Virus record (IMG/VR): IMGVR_UViG_3300020058_000046
DNA: 45,534 nt
Direction: 5' to 3' (one strand)
Origin: a virus
Part shown: positions 1 to 9,305 of the stretch, piece after piece
How positions within the stretch are numbered: position 1 is the first letter of the stretch
How the letters are laid out: every line of letters begins with the position of its first letter
Position numbers and translations under genes: made by a program
Notes under the pieces: model-generated
Database searches by the model: none
What the model was told of the DNA's origin: nothing
The model's input: the letters and a program-made list of their open reading frames with translations, nothing else

Positions 1-99
1 ACGTTCTTGTTGTGACGATACTGCGACGAACCGACCTTGCGTTCTATCTAAGTCCTTTCGCGTTTCGCCGACGATTGATTCAAGACTTCGGACCATTGC
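1..99. repeat. Terminal 99-bp direct repeat, most simply the assembly overlap of a circular or circularly permuted genome
   Basis: Bases 1-99 are identical to 45436-45534. The ATG at 45531 equals the complement of 94-96, so ORF 44608..45531 lies directly downstream of ORF 100..1560 on the closed circle. Confidence 0.95.
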
Positions 100-1560
100 T
101 TACAGACTAACGTTGCCCGATAGACTTAGGGTGACGTATCCGACATCGGTTCGACCGACTGAATACACGACGTATTCACCGTCGATATTTTCAGACGACC
201 ATGTCACCGACAACAGGGTGCCCGGTTCGACCTTCTTGAACCGTTCGTCGGCGACGGTGATTGTGATTGCACCGTCGTCGAACGCGTTGTCTTGCAGGTA
301 TCCGCGTGCCCGCCGTTTTGCCTGTTCGAACGTGCGAATCGACGGGTCGTCTATTGCGTCGGGTTTCGGTGACCGACTGCCATAGAATTCAATCGACTGC
401 GACGATTCAAAAGTTTCCCGTATGTCACCTTTACCCTGTATCGTGACGACGTTTGTGACATTGAAGTCGCGGTCGACTTCGAAGTCGACGACTGCCGGTG
501 TGCCGGCGTCTTCGTCGATTGGAATATCGAACGATTCGGACCCTGACGGCTTGTAGTTCAGTACGTTGTCTTCGTCGACGTACGCCGTGTATCCGTCTTC
601 GGTCGACAGTCTGTCGGCGATTTCAAGAATCGACCCGGTAAGCCGTCGCGTCGTTTCGCCCGATGTCGGCACCACGTTCGTCGTGATATTCGTGTCGCGG
701 TCGACCGTTTCGAACGTGATTGCCGACGCCGAATCTATCATAAAGGCACGTTCGTCGGGTATATTCCCGTCTGTGACAAATTCGTATCGCAACGTGCCGG
801 CAGGGTGGTCGTTGTCGGTCGTGATATCCGCGTCTTCGACCGGCAATTCGTACGTTCGGGTTTCGGCACGACCGGCAAGGGGCAATTCCCACTTGTATTC
901 GACGCCGGCGTCGTCGACAACGTACACGAAGCCGTCGAAGTTATCACCCTTGTCGGCGATAAGAAGCCGGGTTTCGATACGTTCTAAGCGTTTCGCAGGT
1001 ATGCCCGAAAAGTCGGTGTATTCGGCGAAGTATGTGCCTGTACCGCCGGCACGGAAACCGAAGTATAACGCATTGTCACCCACCTGTATCACGTCTGTCG
1101 CCGAATCCATCAATTCGAAGTCTTGCAGGTTGTGCGACCACCCTGTCGTTGTCTGCCCTTCGTGTATCTGTATCGTGTTCTTGTTCGGGTCGGCTTGTTC
1201 GGCGACGGCTTTTTCTATCAATTCCGAATTCGTCACTTCGATAAACGGTCGGTCGACCGTTCCGTATTCTAATGCCGTCGACGACCCTTCGGCAGACACG
1301 GTTAACGTCAGGTTATCTTTCGACGCGTTCGACGGCTTCGACGTGACTTCGCCGACCCAATCTTTCAGGTACACGTTCGGATTATCAGGGTCCGGCGTTT
1401 CGACTGTGACCGTCGCACCGGCTTCGAATAAGTCACGGTTCGGTTGCGTGTTTCCGGCTTCGATTGTGGCTTCGCCGATACCGCCGGAATCTGGTTTATC
1501 GTACGATACGCTAATTACCTGCGTTGCGACCGTTCCGTCGACGCGTACACGGTAAGGCAT
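100..1560 (-). CDS. Tail-tip / baseplate structural protein (putative), 486 aa
   Basis: ATG at 1560 and TAA at 100-102. Acidic product, second gene downstream of the tape measure in the tail module. No diagnostic motif recognised. Confidence 0.6.
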   Translation of the reverse strand: MPYRVRVDGTVATQVISVSYDKPDSGGIGEATIEAGNTQPNRDLFEAGATVTVETPDPDNPNVYLKDWVGEVTSKPSNASKDNLTLTVSAEGSSTALEYGTVDRPFIEVTNSELIEKAVAEQADPNKNTIQIHEGQTTTGWSHNLQDFELMDSATDVIQVGDNALYFGFRAGGTGTYFAEYTDFSGIPAKRLERIETRLLIADKGDNFDGFVYVVDDAGVEYKWELPLAGRAETRTYELPVEDADITTDNDHPAGTLRYEFVTDGNIPDERAFMIDSASAITFETVDRDTNITTNVVPTSGETTRRLTGSILEIADRLSTEDGYTAYVDEDNVLNYKPSGSESFDIPIDEDAGTPAVVDFEVDRDFNVTNVVTIQGKGDIRETFESSQSIEFYGSRSPKPDAIDDPSIRTFEQAKRRARGYLQDNAFDDGAITITVADERFKKVEPGTLLSVTWSSENIDGEYVVYSVGRTDVGYVTLSLSGNVSL

Positions 1561-1575
1561 GGTTGTGTTGTTGTT

Positions 1576-2022
1576 CTAACTGATAAATACGTCTAAGTAT
1601 GTCCATTCGATAGACGCGTCGTACTGTCGTGCCGGTCGTGACGATACGTCTTCGACAAGATTCAGATTCGTGAATACGCCGTTTAGACTTCGCCCGTCGT
1701 AATACAATTCGTCGAATCCGTCTTGTCTGTCCCAACCCCATTCTAACGACGCACGTTCAAGTTCGTTATAAAATCCGTAATCGTCGTCGGAATACGACCC
1801 ACTATTCGGGTAATCCGACGAATCCATACCCTGAATGTCTAAATCAATCTGCCATTGCCGTATATCTAAGACGAACTTGCCACCCAATATTTCACGCGAT
1901 ATTCCCGACACTATCGAATCGGTGACCAACCCGTTCGATACTTCGGTTTCGACACGGCTTGCTTTCAGTACGAATATTTCTGAACCGTCGTTGCGTCGTA
2001 ATTCGACTTCGGTATCTGACAT
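1576..2022 (-). CDS. Tail-associated protein of unknown function, 148 aa
   Basis: ATG at 2022, starting 2 nt after the tape-measure stop. Acidic, with codon usage like its neighbours. The call rests on position in the tail module. Confidence 0.6.
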   Translation of the reverse strand: MSDTEVELRRNDGSEIFVLKASRVETEVSNGLVTDSIVSGISREILGGKFVLDIRQWQIDLDIQGMDSSDYPNSGSYSDDDYGFYNELERASLEWGWDRQDGFDELYYDGRSLNGVFTNLNLVEDVSSRPARQYDASIEWTYLDVFIS

Positions 2023-2024
2023 TG

Positions 2025-4025
2025 TTACCGAACACCCGAACGACTGTTCGTCTTGCGACCGATTGCCTGCGATATCTGTTCGGCGAAGTCTTCAAGTTCG
2101 CGTCTGTTCATGTCTGACGGGTCGAAGTTACCGCCGTCGATGTTTACCGATACGTTTTCGACATTCGTGACTGTCGACCCGGCACCGCCGGCACCTGATT
2201 CGCCATTACTTGCGGCAGACACTATCGGTTCGGGTATCACGGCTTCACCACGGTCGACCACCGCGACGCCGGTTTCCTGAATCATACCGCCGGTGTTCAG
2301 TTGCGGCAAGTCTAACGACTGCCCGCCGATTGTGACTGACATACCACCTGCCCAATCCGGTGCCGACAAAGTCACAGACGGTATCGACACTTCGCCCGGA
2401 ACCACCGAATTGAACGCCGTTCGCACCGACCCGGTCATTGCCGACCCGATGTCTTCGACGAATCCGATTGCTGAACTTGCCATGTCTTCAAAGAAGTCGG
2501 GCACGATAGACGTGACTGTACTGAATATCGACCGAATCGTGTTACCGACCGAACGAACCGTGCCGATTATTCGGTCGAACGCACCTGTAATCGTACCGCG
2601 TACGGCATTGAACGCCGACGACGCAAGACCGCGTACGATACCGAACACGTTGCTTACCACCTGCCGAATGCGATTGAACACACCCGTCACGACGCCGATG
2701 TATGCCTGAATACCTGAACGCAGTACGCCGATTGCAGATTCGAAGACGCCGACGACGCGGTCGAATGCGCCCGTGACTGTACTGACGACGCGGTCGAACA
2801 CACCCGTCACGACGCCGATGTATGCCCGAATCCCTGAACGCAGTACGCCGATTGCCGACTGAAAAACGCCGACGATTCGATTGAACACACCTGCGACTGT
2901 GTTACGCACCCGATTGAACACACCCGTCACGACGCCGATGTATGCCTGCACACCGGAACGAAGGATACCGAACATTCGTCGACCGACGCCGATTATTCGA
3001 TTGAACACACCCGTCACGACACCGATTACGGTATTGAACGCACCGACGAACCGTGATTGTATCGCCGTCACCGCCGTCGCAATCACACCGCGTACCCTGT
3101 TGAAGATACCGACCACGAACGACACGTAATTGTTGAACAATCCGCGTAAGAATGCAAAGCCACTTGCGAACACCGACCGGATACCGCCGACGACACCGCC
3201 GACGAACGACCCGATACGCCGAAACCCGGATACGATACCGCCGATTACGCCGTCGAACAAGCCGGCAATAAAGTCGACTGCACCCATGACGACGCCGACG
3301 ACCCGGTCGAATTGCCGTTGCCATGACCCGATAAATATGTTCATAATCTGTGTTGCCCGGTCGATTGCACCACTAAACCCGTCTTCGAAAAATCCGATTA
3401 TCAAGCCACCTAACGCGGCAAGTGGTGCAATGAATATCGACATAATCTGCAAGATTCCGTCTTTCACGAATCCGGGCAGTATTCCGGCGACGAATTCGCC
3501 GAATCCCTTGATTGCGTCTAAGGCACCCGTGACGTGTAAAATCCATGCACCGAACAACCCGATTGCGGCACCGATTGCACCGGCGACTGCAAGGGCACCC
3601 GCCGACCCTGCCGCAAGCCATGCCGCAAAACCCTTCAAGGCACCAATTACCGACCCGACGATTCCCGAAAGCGAAAGACCACTTAGGGCACCCGTGACTG
3701 TACCGATTGCACCTGACAGGGTCGACATGATACCACCCAATCCGGCAAGACCCGCAATATAGGCACCGACCGACGCAATCGCCGACGTAATCGTACCACC
3801 CAACAGACGCGTCTTGTTGTCCATGATACCCGTCTGTCGACCCGTCTGTTCGGCTTCGTCGCCGGTGTCTTGAATGACGCCGGTAAACCCACGCATTCGA
3901 CCCGATGTCGATTCCGTCGTTTCACCTAACCGTTCTTGCGATTCCTGTAATTCCTGCGTCTTTTCGGTGGCTTCGTCGGCACCCGTGACTTTTGCTTGAT
4001 ATTCTATCGTTCCAATCTGAACCAT
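2025..4025 (-). CDS. Tail tape measure protein, 666 aa
   Basis: ATG at 4025. Long Gly/Ala/Ile-rich hydrophobic segment followed by 40-aa tandem repeats (AYIGVVTGVFNRV...). Lies between chaperone-like ORFs and tail-tip genes. Confidence 0.85.
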   Translation of the reverse strand: MVQIGTIEYQAKVTGADEATEKTQELQESQERLGETTESTSGRMRGFTGVIQDTGDEAEQTGRQTGIMDNKTRLLGGTITSAIASVGAYIAGLAGLGGIMSTLSGAIGTVTGALSGLSLSGIVGSVIGALKGFAAWLAAGSAGALAVAGAIGAAIGLFGAWILHVTGALDAIKGFGEFVAGILPGFVKDGILQIMSIFIAPLAALGGLIIGFFEDGFSGAIDRATQIMNIFIGSWQRQFDRVVGVVMGAVDFIAGLFDGVIGGIVSGFRRIGSFVGGVVGGIRSVFASGFAFLRGLFNNYVSFVVGIFNRVRGVIATAVTAIQSRFVGAFNTVIGVVTGVFNRIIGVGRRMFGILRSGVQAYIGVVTGVFNRVRNTVAGVFNRIVGVFQSAIGVLRSGIRAYIGVVTGVFDRVVSTVTGAFDRVVGVFESAIGVLRSGIQAYIGVVTGVFNRIRQVVSNVFGIVRGLASSAFNAVRGTITGAFDRIIGTVRSVGNTIRSIFSTVTSIVPDFFEDMASSAIGFVEDIGSAMTGSVRTAFNSVVPGEVSIPSVTLSAPDWAGGMSVTIGGQSLDLPQLNTGGMIQETGVAVVDRGEAVIPEPIVSAASNGESGAGGAGSTVTNVENVSVNIDGGNFDPSDMNRRELEDFAEQISQAIGRKTNSRSGVR
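2670..3050. repeat. Tandem ~120-bp (40-codon) repeats inside the tape measure gene, about 3 units
   Basis: The string cacccgtcacgacgccgatgtatgcc recurs at about 2690, 2810 and 2930, with a degenerate copy near 3010. The translated repeat is GVVTGVF[ND]R..(x)..AIGVLRSGI[QR]AYI. Confidence 0.85.
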
Positions 4026-4088
4026 TGTTACCTGAAAACACGGTGTCCGACCGACTTATGCGTACGGTGCCCGACGCGGTCGACGCCG

Positions 4089-4607
4089 TCAGGGTCGGTT
4101 ATTCTGTTGATTCGCCCGCCGGCGTTGTCGTTTCCGTTCTTTTTCGCGTTGCTCTTGTTCGTACTTCTTGCGTTCTTGCACTATCGCAAGCCGGCGTCGG
4201 AATTCGTCGCCGGTCATGCCGTCACTTCGTATCTTGCCGACCTTGTGCGTATCCGGCGGGTCGGTGAACACGGAATCGGGTGCCCGGTTCGCACCGGTTG
4301 CGACGCCGGCACAGACGACGGCAAGTATGCCGACCGTGACGGTGCCCGTGAACGCCGTGACGACGGCACACGCGACTGCCGCGACTGCCGACGCCGATTG
4401 CACCTGCCGACGACCGAACGCCGACAAGACGCGTCTGACTGTCGCAGTCGCGTCGTGTCGTGTCTGTGCGATTGCGACGGTTCGGTCGACGCCGTGTATA
4501 TCCTGCCGCGTCACACCTTCGTCGTGCAATAGTTGTTCGCCGATTTCACGGTGTATTAGTAGGTCGTCGGCGTCTTGCGGGCGACGACCACGTATCGCCC
4601 GCGTCAC
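4089..4607 (-). CDS. ORF in the -1 frame overlapping the end of the chaperone-like gene (gpT-like position); TM helix plus basic tail, 172 aa
   Basis: GTG at 4607 overlaps the TGA of 4604..5038 (GTGA). Its frame is open back to 4718. It sits directly upstream of the tape measure. Expression mode is unresolved. Confidence 0.45.
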   Translation of the reverse strand: MTRAIRGRRPQDADDLLIHREIGEQLLHDEGVTRQDIHGVDRTVAIAQTRHDATATVRRVLSAFGRRQVQSASAVAAVACAVVTAFTGTVTVGILAVVCAGVATGANRAPDSVFTDPPDTHKVGKIRSDGMTGDEFRRRLAIVQERKKYEQEQREKERKRQRRRANQQNNRP

Positions 4608-5038
4608 ACGTTTAATTCGGCTTCGTCGATGTCGGAAACCGGCGGTGGCACTTCGTTTTGCAGTTTTTCGAACACCGGATTTCCGACTTCGTTTCCGGTC
4701 GGTGCCTTTGTCAGTAGTTCACGAATGCCGGGTGCGTCAGGGTCGTCGGCACCGGACCAATCGACGACCATGTATTCAAGCATATCAATATAATAATCGT
4801 TCGACACCTTCGTACCCTGTTCGGTCATGGTCGCATTGTCTTCTAACACGTTGCCCTTCTTACGCACCGGCACCTGTTCGCGCAATTCGAACCACCATTT
4901 AAGTTCGCGTTCGTGGTCGACGACCCACACAACACGCGTCGACGAATCGTCGGCGATTGCGTCGTCGGCAGTACCTAATTCGTAATCCGCGACATCTTCG
5001 GGTGGTTCGGGCACCTTGTCAGGTGTGTCGTCAGACAT
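4604..5038 (-). CDS. Tail assembly chaperone (gpG-like position), 144 aa, acidic
   Basis: ATG at 5038 with a TATA (TTAATAC) 26 nt upstream. Lies between the tail tube gene and the tape measure. Confidence 0.55.
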   Translation of the reverse strand: MSDDTPDKVPEPPEDVADYELGTADDAIADDSSTRVVWVVDHERELKWWFELREQVPVRKKGNVLEDNATMTEQGTKVSNDYYIDMLEYMVVDWSGADDPDAPGIRELLTKAPTGNEVGNPVFEKLQNEVPPPVSDIDEAELNV

Positions 5039-5080
5039 ACCACACGGTTCGTCGATATTGGGTATTAACGTGTCGGTGCC
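5039..5080 (-). promoter_or_regulatory. Archaeal promoter for the tail operon
   Basis: Minus strand reads CCGACACG-TTAATAC, then about 26 nt, then ATG(5038). It matches the CGACAC(G)+T/A-rich box consensus seen at at least 10 other starts in this genome. Confidence 0.6.
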
Positions 5081-5151
5081 CGGTCGACCGTGTCTGCACA
5101 GTCGTCTTTGTCGGTGCGAACGACGGGTGTGTAAGTAACTGTCGCCGTAAT

Positions 5152-5400
5152 ACTATCAGGTACAGTACCGATACGCCCATATACACAGTTTCGATTCTAT
5201 GCCGTCTAAGCGGTCGCACAGTCGGTTTGAATTTTCGCCGACCCATACCACCTATTCATTTTTCAAACGGATTCGGCAAGTTCGGACTCTGTACTTGCCG
5301 ATATCCGGCGTTTCGGCAAAATACATGGGTACTTAAAGGCACCCGCCGATATTACCCTGTATCAGACTGCGTAAACAAAACGCGTCGGGTCCGGCGTCGG
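5152..5400. repeat. Long intergenic repeat, copy A (paralog of 26843..27089)
   Basis: About 250 bp aligns with copy B with scattered substitutions. Contains GCGTTTTGTTT, a TTTAAGTA TATA-like box and a hairpin CGGCAAGT-N11-ACTTGCCG. Confidence 0.85.
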
Positions 5401-5549
5401 TCGGTGCCTGTCGGTGCCTGCACAGTCGTCGTCAGAAACGGCACAGTCGGTCGTGACGCCGTCGCAGTCGAACGTGCCCGATTGGTCGGACCCTGTCGGC
5501 GACGACTGCACGCGCGTCGCACGTCGGCACGCACACCCTGCCGTGTCGA
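5401..5549. repeat. Phased-repeat boundary element, copy 1 (most diverged)
   Basis: Directly follows the stop of 5550..6482. Shares ctgcacagtcg..gtcagaaacggcacagtcggtcgtg..ccgtcgcagtcg.acgtgcc with the copies at 17809, 27090 and 36466. Confidence 0.8.
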
Positions 5550-6482
5550 TTACACCGTCGTATCCGGCACCCATTCGATGTATCCGGTATCGGGCACTAT
5601 CGTAATGCCGACTTCGGGTGACCCTTCGTCTGCCATTGGGTGACCGGCTTCGGTGAATCCGATTTTGTCGAACGTGAATGTCAGTTTTTGATTTTCGCGT
5701 TCGAATGCGATACTTGCTGTACCGGCGTCGTCACGACCGATTAGGTCTTGATAAAGTTGGTCGTCTGACGGTGTAATCGTCGCCGACACTTCGTGGTCGG
5801 CGTTTCCGAATGGGATTTCAAACGGGTCTTGCGCGTCGCCGTCGTGAATGTAGTGTCGCGGATTCACGTTGTTCGATAATTCCCATTCGAAGTCTGTGAC
5901 CCGTGCGTACGACGTGCCTGCAAGGGACAGGTTCGACTGTGCGTCATGGAATAACCACGGTGACCCTGACGCGGCAGACACGTCGGTCGGCGACGACCCG
6001 GTCGTGACACCTTGTGCGATGAAATCAAGGTCGACCGTAAGCCGTGATTCGTTGTCGACCGATATGGTGCCGGCGTCGGGTGCGTTTCCGACGAAGGTAC
6101 GCACGAAGTCGGATTGTGACCCACCCGTGCCGTAATATGTGGCTTCGACGGTCATGGTACGCGGCAATGCCGCGTTGTCGACTTCGATTTTACCCGACGA
6201 TTCGTCTTGCCCGAACAGAAATTCGAACGGTGTAAGGTCGACGGGTATGACGGTTAAAGAACCGCCGTCGTATGCGTTTTGACCCGGTTCTTTGCCTGAT
6301 AGTTCGCGGCTTTCGGCACCGATTGTTCTTTCCTCTTGCCATTCGACTGTTGGGTCAGGCATATCGCCGGCGTCGACGATTTTGCCTAACGTTGTGTCCG
6401 GCGTCACCGACACACCGTGGTCAGATTCGAAACCAACCGCAATCTGTGCGTTGTGCCGTGTGAACGGTGGTTGTGCCGACAT
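5550..6482 (-). CDS. Major tail (tube) protein, 310 aa
   Basis: ATG at 6482. Size, position (after connector genes, before chaperones) and sequence style fit siphovirus tail tube proteins. Confidence 0.65.
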   Translation of the reverse strand: MSAQPPFTRHNAQIAVGFESDHGVSVTPDTTLGKIVDAGDMPDPTVEWQEERTIGAESRELSGKEPGQNAYDGGSLTVIPVDLTPFEFLFGQDESSGKIEVDNAALPRTMTVEATYYGTGGSQSDFVRTFVGNAPDAGTISVDNESRLTVDLDFIAQGVTTGSSPTDVSAASGSPWLFHDAQSNLSLAGTSYARVTDFEWELSNNVNPRHYIHDGDAQDPFEIPFGNADHEVSATITPSDDQLYQDLIGRDDAGTASIAFERENQKLTFTFDKIGFTEAGHPMADEGSPEVGITIVPDTGYIEWVPDTTV

Positions 6483-6527
6483 ACACGTCGATATGTGAAC
6501 GACTGACTTAACGGTTCGTCGCCCGGT

Positions 6528-6974
6528 TCAGGTTTCGACGTTTCGACTGCGACTTTCGAATGCGATTACGACTTCGTGCAGAAACGCACCGAACGCGTTG
6601 TCGTCTAACGGCGTCACGTCTTCGAATATCATTCGGTCGTGGTCACCCGGTGTATCCGGGCGTTTCCGGTGCGATTCGATTATCCGTCTGAATTCGTCGA
6701 ATAGGTCGTCGCGTCGTTGTTCCGACGACGACTTGATTTCAACAAAGACGACGGTGTCGATGTCTTGCGTCGACATGAATAGGTCGGAATACGATATGTC
6801 GACCGGCGACGTAATCGACACTTCGATGTAATCGTACGTGCCGATGTCCCTGCCCTTGCCGATACTGTCTGACTTGTCGATAATCAGGTTTCGTCGTGGT
6901 ACGTTGTTACTGTCCCAATTGTCGTCTAACAACTGTACGACCGCGTCGGTCATGTTCACGTCTGGTTGTGTCAT
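6528..6974 (-). CDS. Tail terminator / tail completion protein (putative), 148 aa
   Basis: ATG at 6974, abutting the stop of 6975..7550 with no gap. Last small gene before the tail tube gene. Confidence 0.45.
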   Translation of the reverse strand: MTQPDVNMTDAVVQLLDDNWDSNNVPRRNLIIDKSDSIGKGRDIGTYDYIEVSITSPVDISYSDLFMSTQDIDTVVFVEIKSSSEQRRDDLFDEFRRIIESHRKRPDTPGDHDRMIFEDVTPLDDNAFGAFLHEVVIAFESRSRNVET

Positions 6975-7550
6975 TCACGAATCACCATCTTCGAAGGTGG
7001 TTTCGCCGTCGCGTTGTACCACGACGAAACCTGATTGCAGTAAGGTGCCCCTGTCTGTGGCTTCGTCGGCGACGATGTCTTGTGACTGTTGAAACGCGAA
7101 GTCGAACGTATCTTCGAATATCTTGCGTGCCGCGTCAGGGTCGTCGGTGCCTGCGTACGATTCGGCGAATTGTTCGGCGGCTTGTTTCGCGGCTTCGAAA
7201 CCGCGTCGCAACATGAAGACGCCGTCGGTGCCCGTCGCGGCAATCGACGATACGACCACCCATGCAACCGCGTCTTTGTGTTCAGGTGAACCGGGCGTAA
7301 TGTTCGTCGATTCGCCGTCTTCGTTCGTCAGGGGCACGTCTTTCAAGCCACCGTCTAAGTCGTCCCATTTTCTGTCGACCCATTCGCGCAACGGTTCGAA
7401 CGGTGGTTGCGTGCCGGTGTATTCAGTCGGGAATTCGACGTATGCCGCGTATTCGGCGGTGTACCCAACCTTCGCAACCACCTGCAAGTTACTGAATAGT
7501 TCGTCTAACTTGCCCGTGTCGAACGATACCGTCACGTTTGCGTCGGTCAT
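6975..7550 (-). CDS. Head-tail joining protein, HK97 gp10-like, 191 aa
   Basis: The motif AEYAAYVEFPTEYTGTQPPFEPL resembles the gp10-family A.yA..vE.GT....PF signature. ATGA overlap with the upstream gene. Confidence 0.55.
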   Translation of the reverse strand: MTDANVTVSFDTGKLDELFSNLQVVAKVGYTAEYAAYVEFPTEYTGTQPPFEPLREWVDRKWDDLDGGLKDVPLTNEDGESTNITPGSPEHKDAVAWVVVSSIAATGTDGVFMLRRGFEAAKQAAEQFAESYAGTDDPDAARKIFEDTFDFAFQQSQDIVADEATDRGTLLQSGFVVVQRDGETTFEDGDS

Positions 7551-8374
7551 GGTCGTCTGTATTCGTCGATTAGGTCGTCGGCTTCGGCTTTCAGGTTCGA
7601 TACCGCGTTCGACAACGACGGTTCGTCACCGCCGGAATCGGGCACAAGTTCACCGTATTGGTCCGACCCAATCAGTCGGGCAGTCGTAAGCAATGCGACC
7701 GCGTCGCGGATATCACCGGGCACGGCAGTCGATACCTGCACACCGTCGACCGTCTGTGCATTCGGTTCACGACCGTACCGATACGTCATTCGCACCCGTG
7801 CGTTGTCGATGTCGCGGGCACCGCGTCGACGCCGACCCGTCGGCACGAATAACGACACGTTCGGTCGTATCACACCCTTGCGCGTGTCGACGACCCATTG
7901 CCCGTCGTCACGACCTTCGTTGTCAGTCACGTCGTTCACGTTTCGCGGATTCAGGATTTCTACCGTGTCACCTTCGTTCGGGTCGATGTCGAAAATCTGT
8001 ATGTGTGGCAAGTCACCGAAGCCGCGTCGACCCGCGTTCGTCACGAAACCACCGGCACCGCGTCGACCGCGTCGTCGCAGTCGACCGCGTTTTTCCTGTT
8101 GCCTGAACTTGATTCGTACTTCGTACCCGTTCACCCGGCGTTTTCTCCATGCCCGCTTTGTCTGATTATCGACCCGTTCGGTGAATCGGGCAATCAAGTC
8201 GTTCACCTGCGACTGCGACAACGATGTACCTTCGCCCGGTGCCGGGTCGGTTGGGTGCGTTTCGACAAGGTCGGACCATGCCTTGTTTCGGATATGCGTA
8301 AAGACATCGGTGCCCGTGCAGTACACGATGTCGTCGTCGATAAGTTCGGTTTCGATTCGACCCGACGTGTTCAT
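7547..8374 (-). CDS. Head-tail connector/adaptor protein (putative), 275 aa
   Basis: ATG at 8374. Lies between the capsid genes and the gp10-like gene. Has an Arg-rich central loop. The call rests on position. Confidence 0.45.
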   Translation of the reverse strand: MNTSGRIETELIDDDIVYCTGTDVFTHIRNKAWSDLVETHPTDPAPGEGTSLSQSQVNDLIARFTERVDNQTKRAWRKRRVNGYEVRIKFRQQEKRGRLRRRGRRGAGGFVTNAGRRGFGDLPHIQIFDIDPNEGDTVEILNPRNVNDVTDNEGRDDGQWVVDTRKGVIRPNVSLFVPTGRRRRGARDIDNARVRMTYRYGREPNAQTVDGVQVSTAVPGDIRDAVALLTTARLIGSDQYGELVPDSGGDEPSLSNAVSNLKAEADDLIDEYRRP

Positions 8375-8439
8375 ACCGGCAGGTACACCGTCGCGGTACT
8401 TAGGGATTCGTCGCCGGAAAAGAAGTCTGCCCGCGTCGT

Positions 8440-9228
8440 TCAGTTGTCGCCCGACGGTTCAATAGTCACGTCGACCGACTGAATCCAATACCGAACGTTC
8501 TTGCGAACTATCGTCGTGTTGTGTTGTCGTTCGATTTTGTTGTCGTCGTCGCCGACTGCCGGCAGGTTCGATTGCCACATTGCGGTGTCGTACGACCCGC
8601 GACTTGTACTGTTCAGTTTCGACCGGGCACGTTCGACGATGTCGCCGGCACGACCCGGCACGACCGTCACGGTCACCGGCACGTCGATACGGGCACGGCG
8701 TTCGGTTCGGTCGGTCGACACCTGCACGTCTTCGACGTGTCGTTCGTCTTGCGGCGGTGACTGTGCGTCGTCGTAACTGTATTTGTCGACCGTGTGTTCG
8801 GTTGCGTCGTCGACGACTTCGTCGATGTCGTACGCCGTCGCATAGTTGCCTGCAAGACACCGGAACGTGACAGTCGCGTCGACCTTGTCGACCGACGCGT
8901 CAGGGTACGCAACCCATTCGGTCGTTCCGATTCGACCCGACGATTCCGACGTGTGTACGGCACCGCCGACGCCGATGTATCGGTCGGCTTCGGCGTCGGT
9001 GCCGATTACCCACCCGGACAGTCGACGGGCACGCGAATCGAACGGGTCTGACGGTCGCACCGGGTCGTTCAGTCGTTTCGTCGTCACGTCGTCGTCTGAA
9101 TAACTTGAATCGTACCCGACGACGATGAAATCGCAGTCAGGGATTACCGTACGTTTTTCGTGCCGCGTCAGTCTGTCGACCGGCACCTTAGTCAATTCGT
9201 CGCCGTCGGCGTCGGTGTGTCGCACCAT
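8440..9228 (-). CDS. MVRH-cassette gene of unknown function, 262 aa, embedded in the structural operon
   Basis: Starts ATGGTGCGACACACCGACGCCGAC at 9228, behind its own conserved promoter. The ORF-track start at 9276 just translates the promoter. Confidence 0.75.
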   Translation of the reverse strand: MVRHTDADGDELTKVPVDRLTRHEKRTVIPDCDFIVVGYDSSYSDDDVTTKRLNDPVRPSDPFDSRARRLSGWVIGTDAEADRYIGVGGAVHTSESSGRIGTTEWVAYPDASVDKVDATVTFRCLAGNYATAYDIDEVVDDATEHTVDKYSYDDAQSPPQDERHVEDVQVSTDRTERRARIDVPVTVTVVPGRAGDIVERARSKLNSTSRGSYDTAMWQSNLPAVGDDDNKIERQHNTTIVRKNVRYWIQSVDVTIEPSGDN

Positions 9229-9290
9229 TGCAGTCGACACTAATAGACGGGTGCATAAATAAGTGTCGTCTTGCACCGGCGGGTCGGCAC
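9229..9290 (-). promoter_or_regulatory. Conserved promoter cassette, sub-type I
   Basis: Minus strand reads GGTGCAAGACGACAC-TTATTTATGCAC-CCGTCTATTAGTGTCGACTGCA-ATG. Confidence 0.75.
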
Positions 9291-9305
9291 CGGGTCGGTT
9301 CCGGC

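Noticed and set aside
5031-5246. A basic-hydrophobic peptide (MGRRK[FL]KPTVRPLRR[HL]RIET...) readable in both copies of the long repeat behind a GGTGGT-ATG.
   Set aside because: The copy-to-copy substitutions are mostly non-synonymous. The two copies also end differently, one reaching a stop and the other fusing in frame into the next gene. I keep it only as a note under the repeat finding.
9229-9276. N-terminal extensions 'MQDDTYL(Y/C)TRLLV.TA' or 'MQVGVWCDTP...' on the ORF-track versions of the cassette genes (9276, 19890, 24396, 25991, 26169, 26970, 38418).
   Set aside because: These are translations of the conserved promoter itself (TATA box plus spacer). The TATA-to-ATG distance of about 25 nt places the transcription start at the MVRH ATG.
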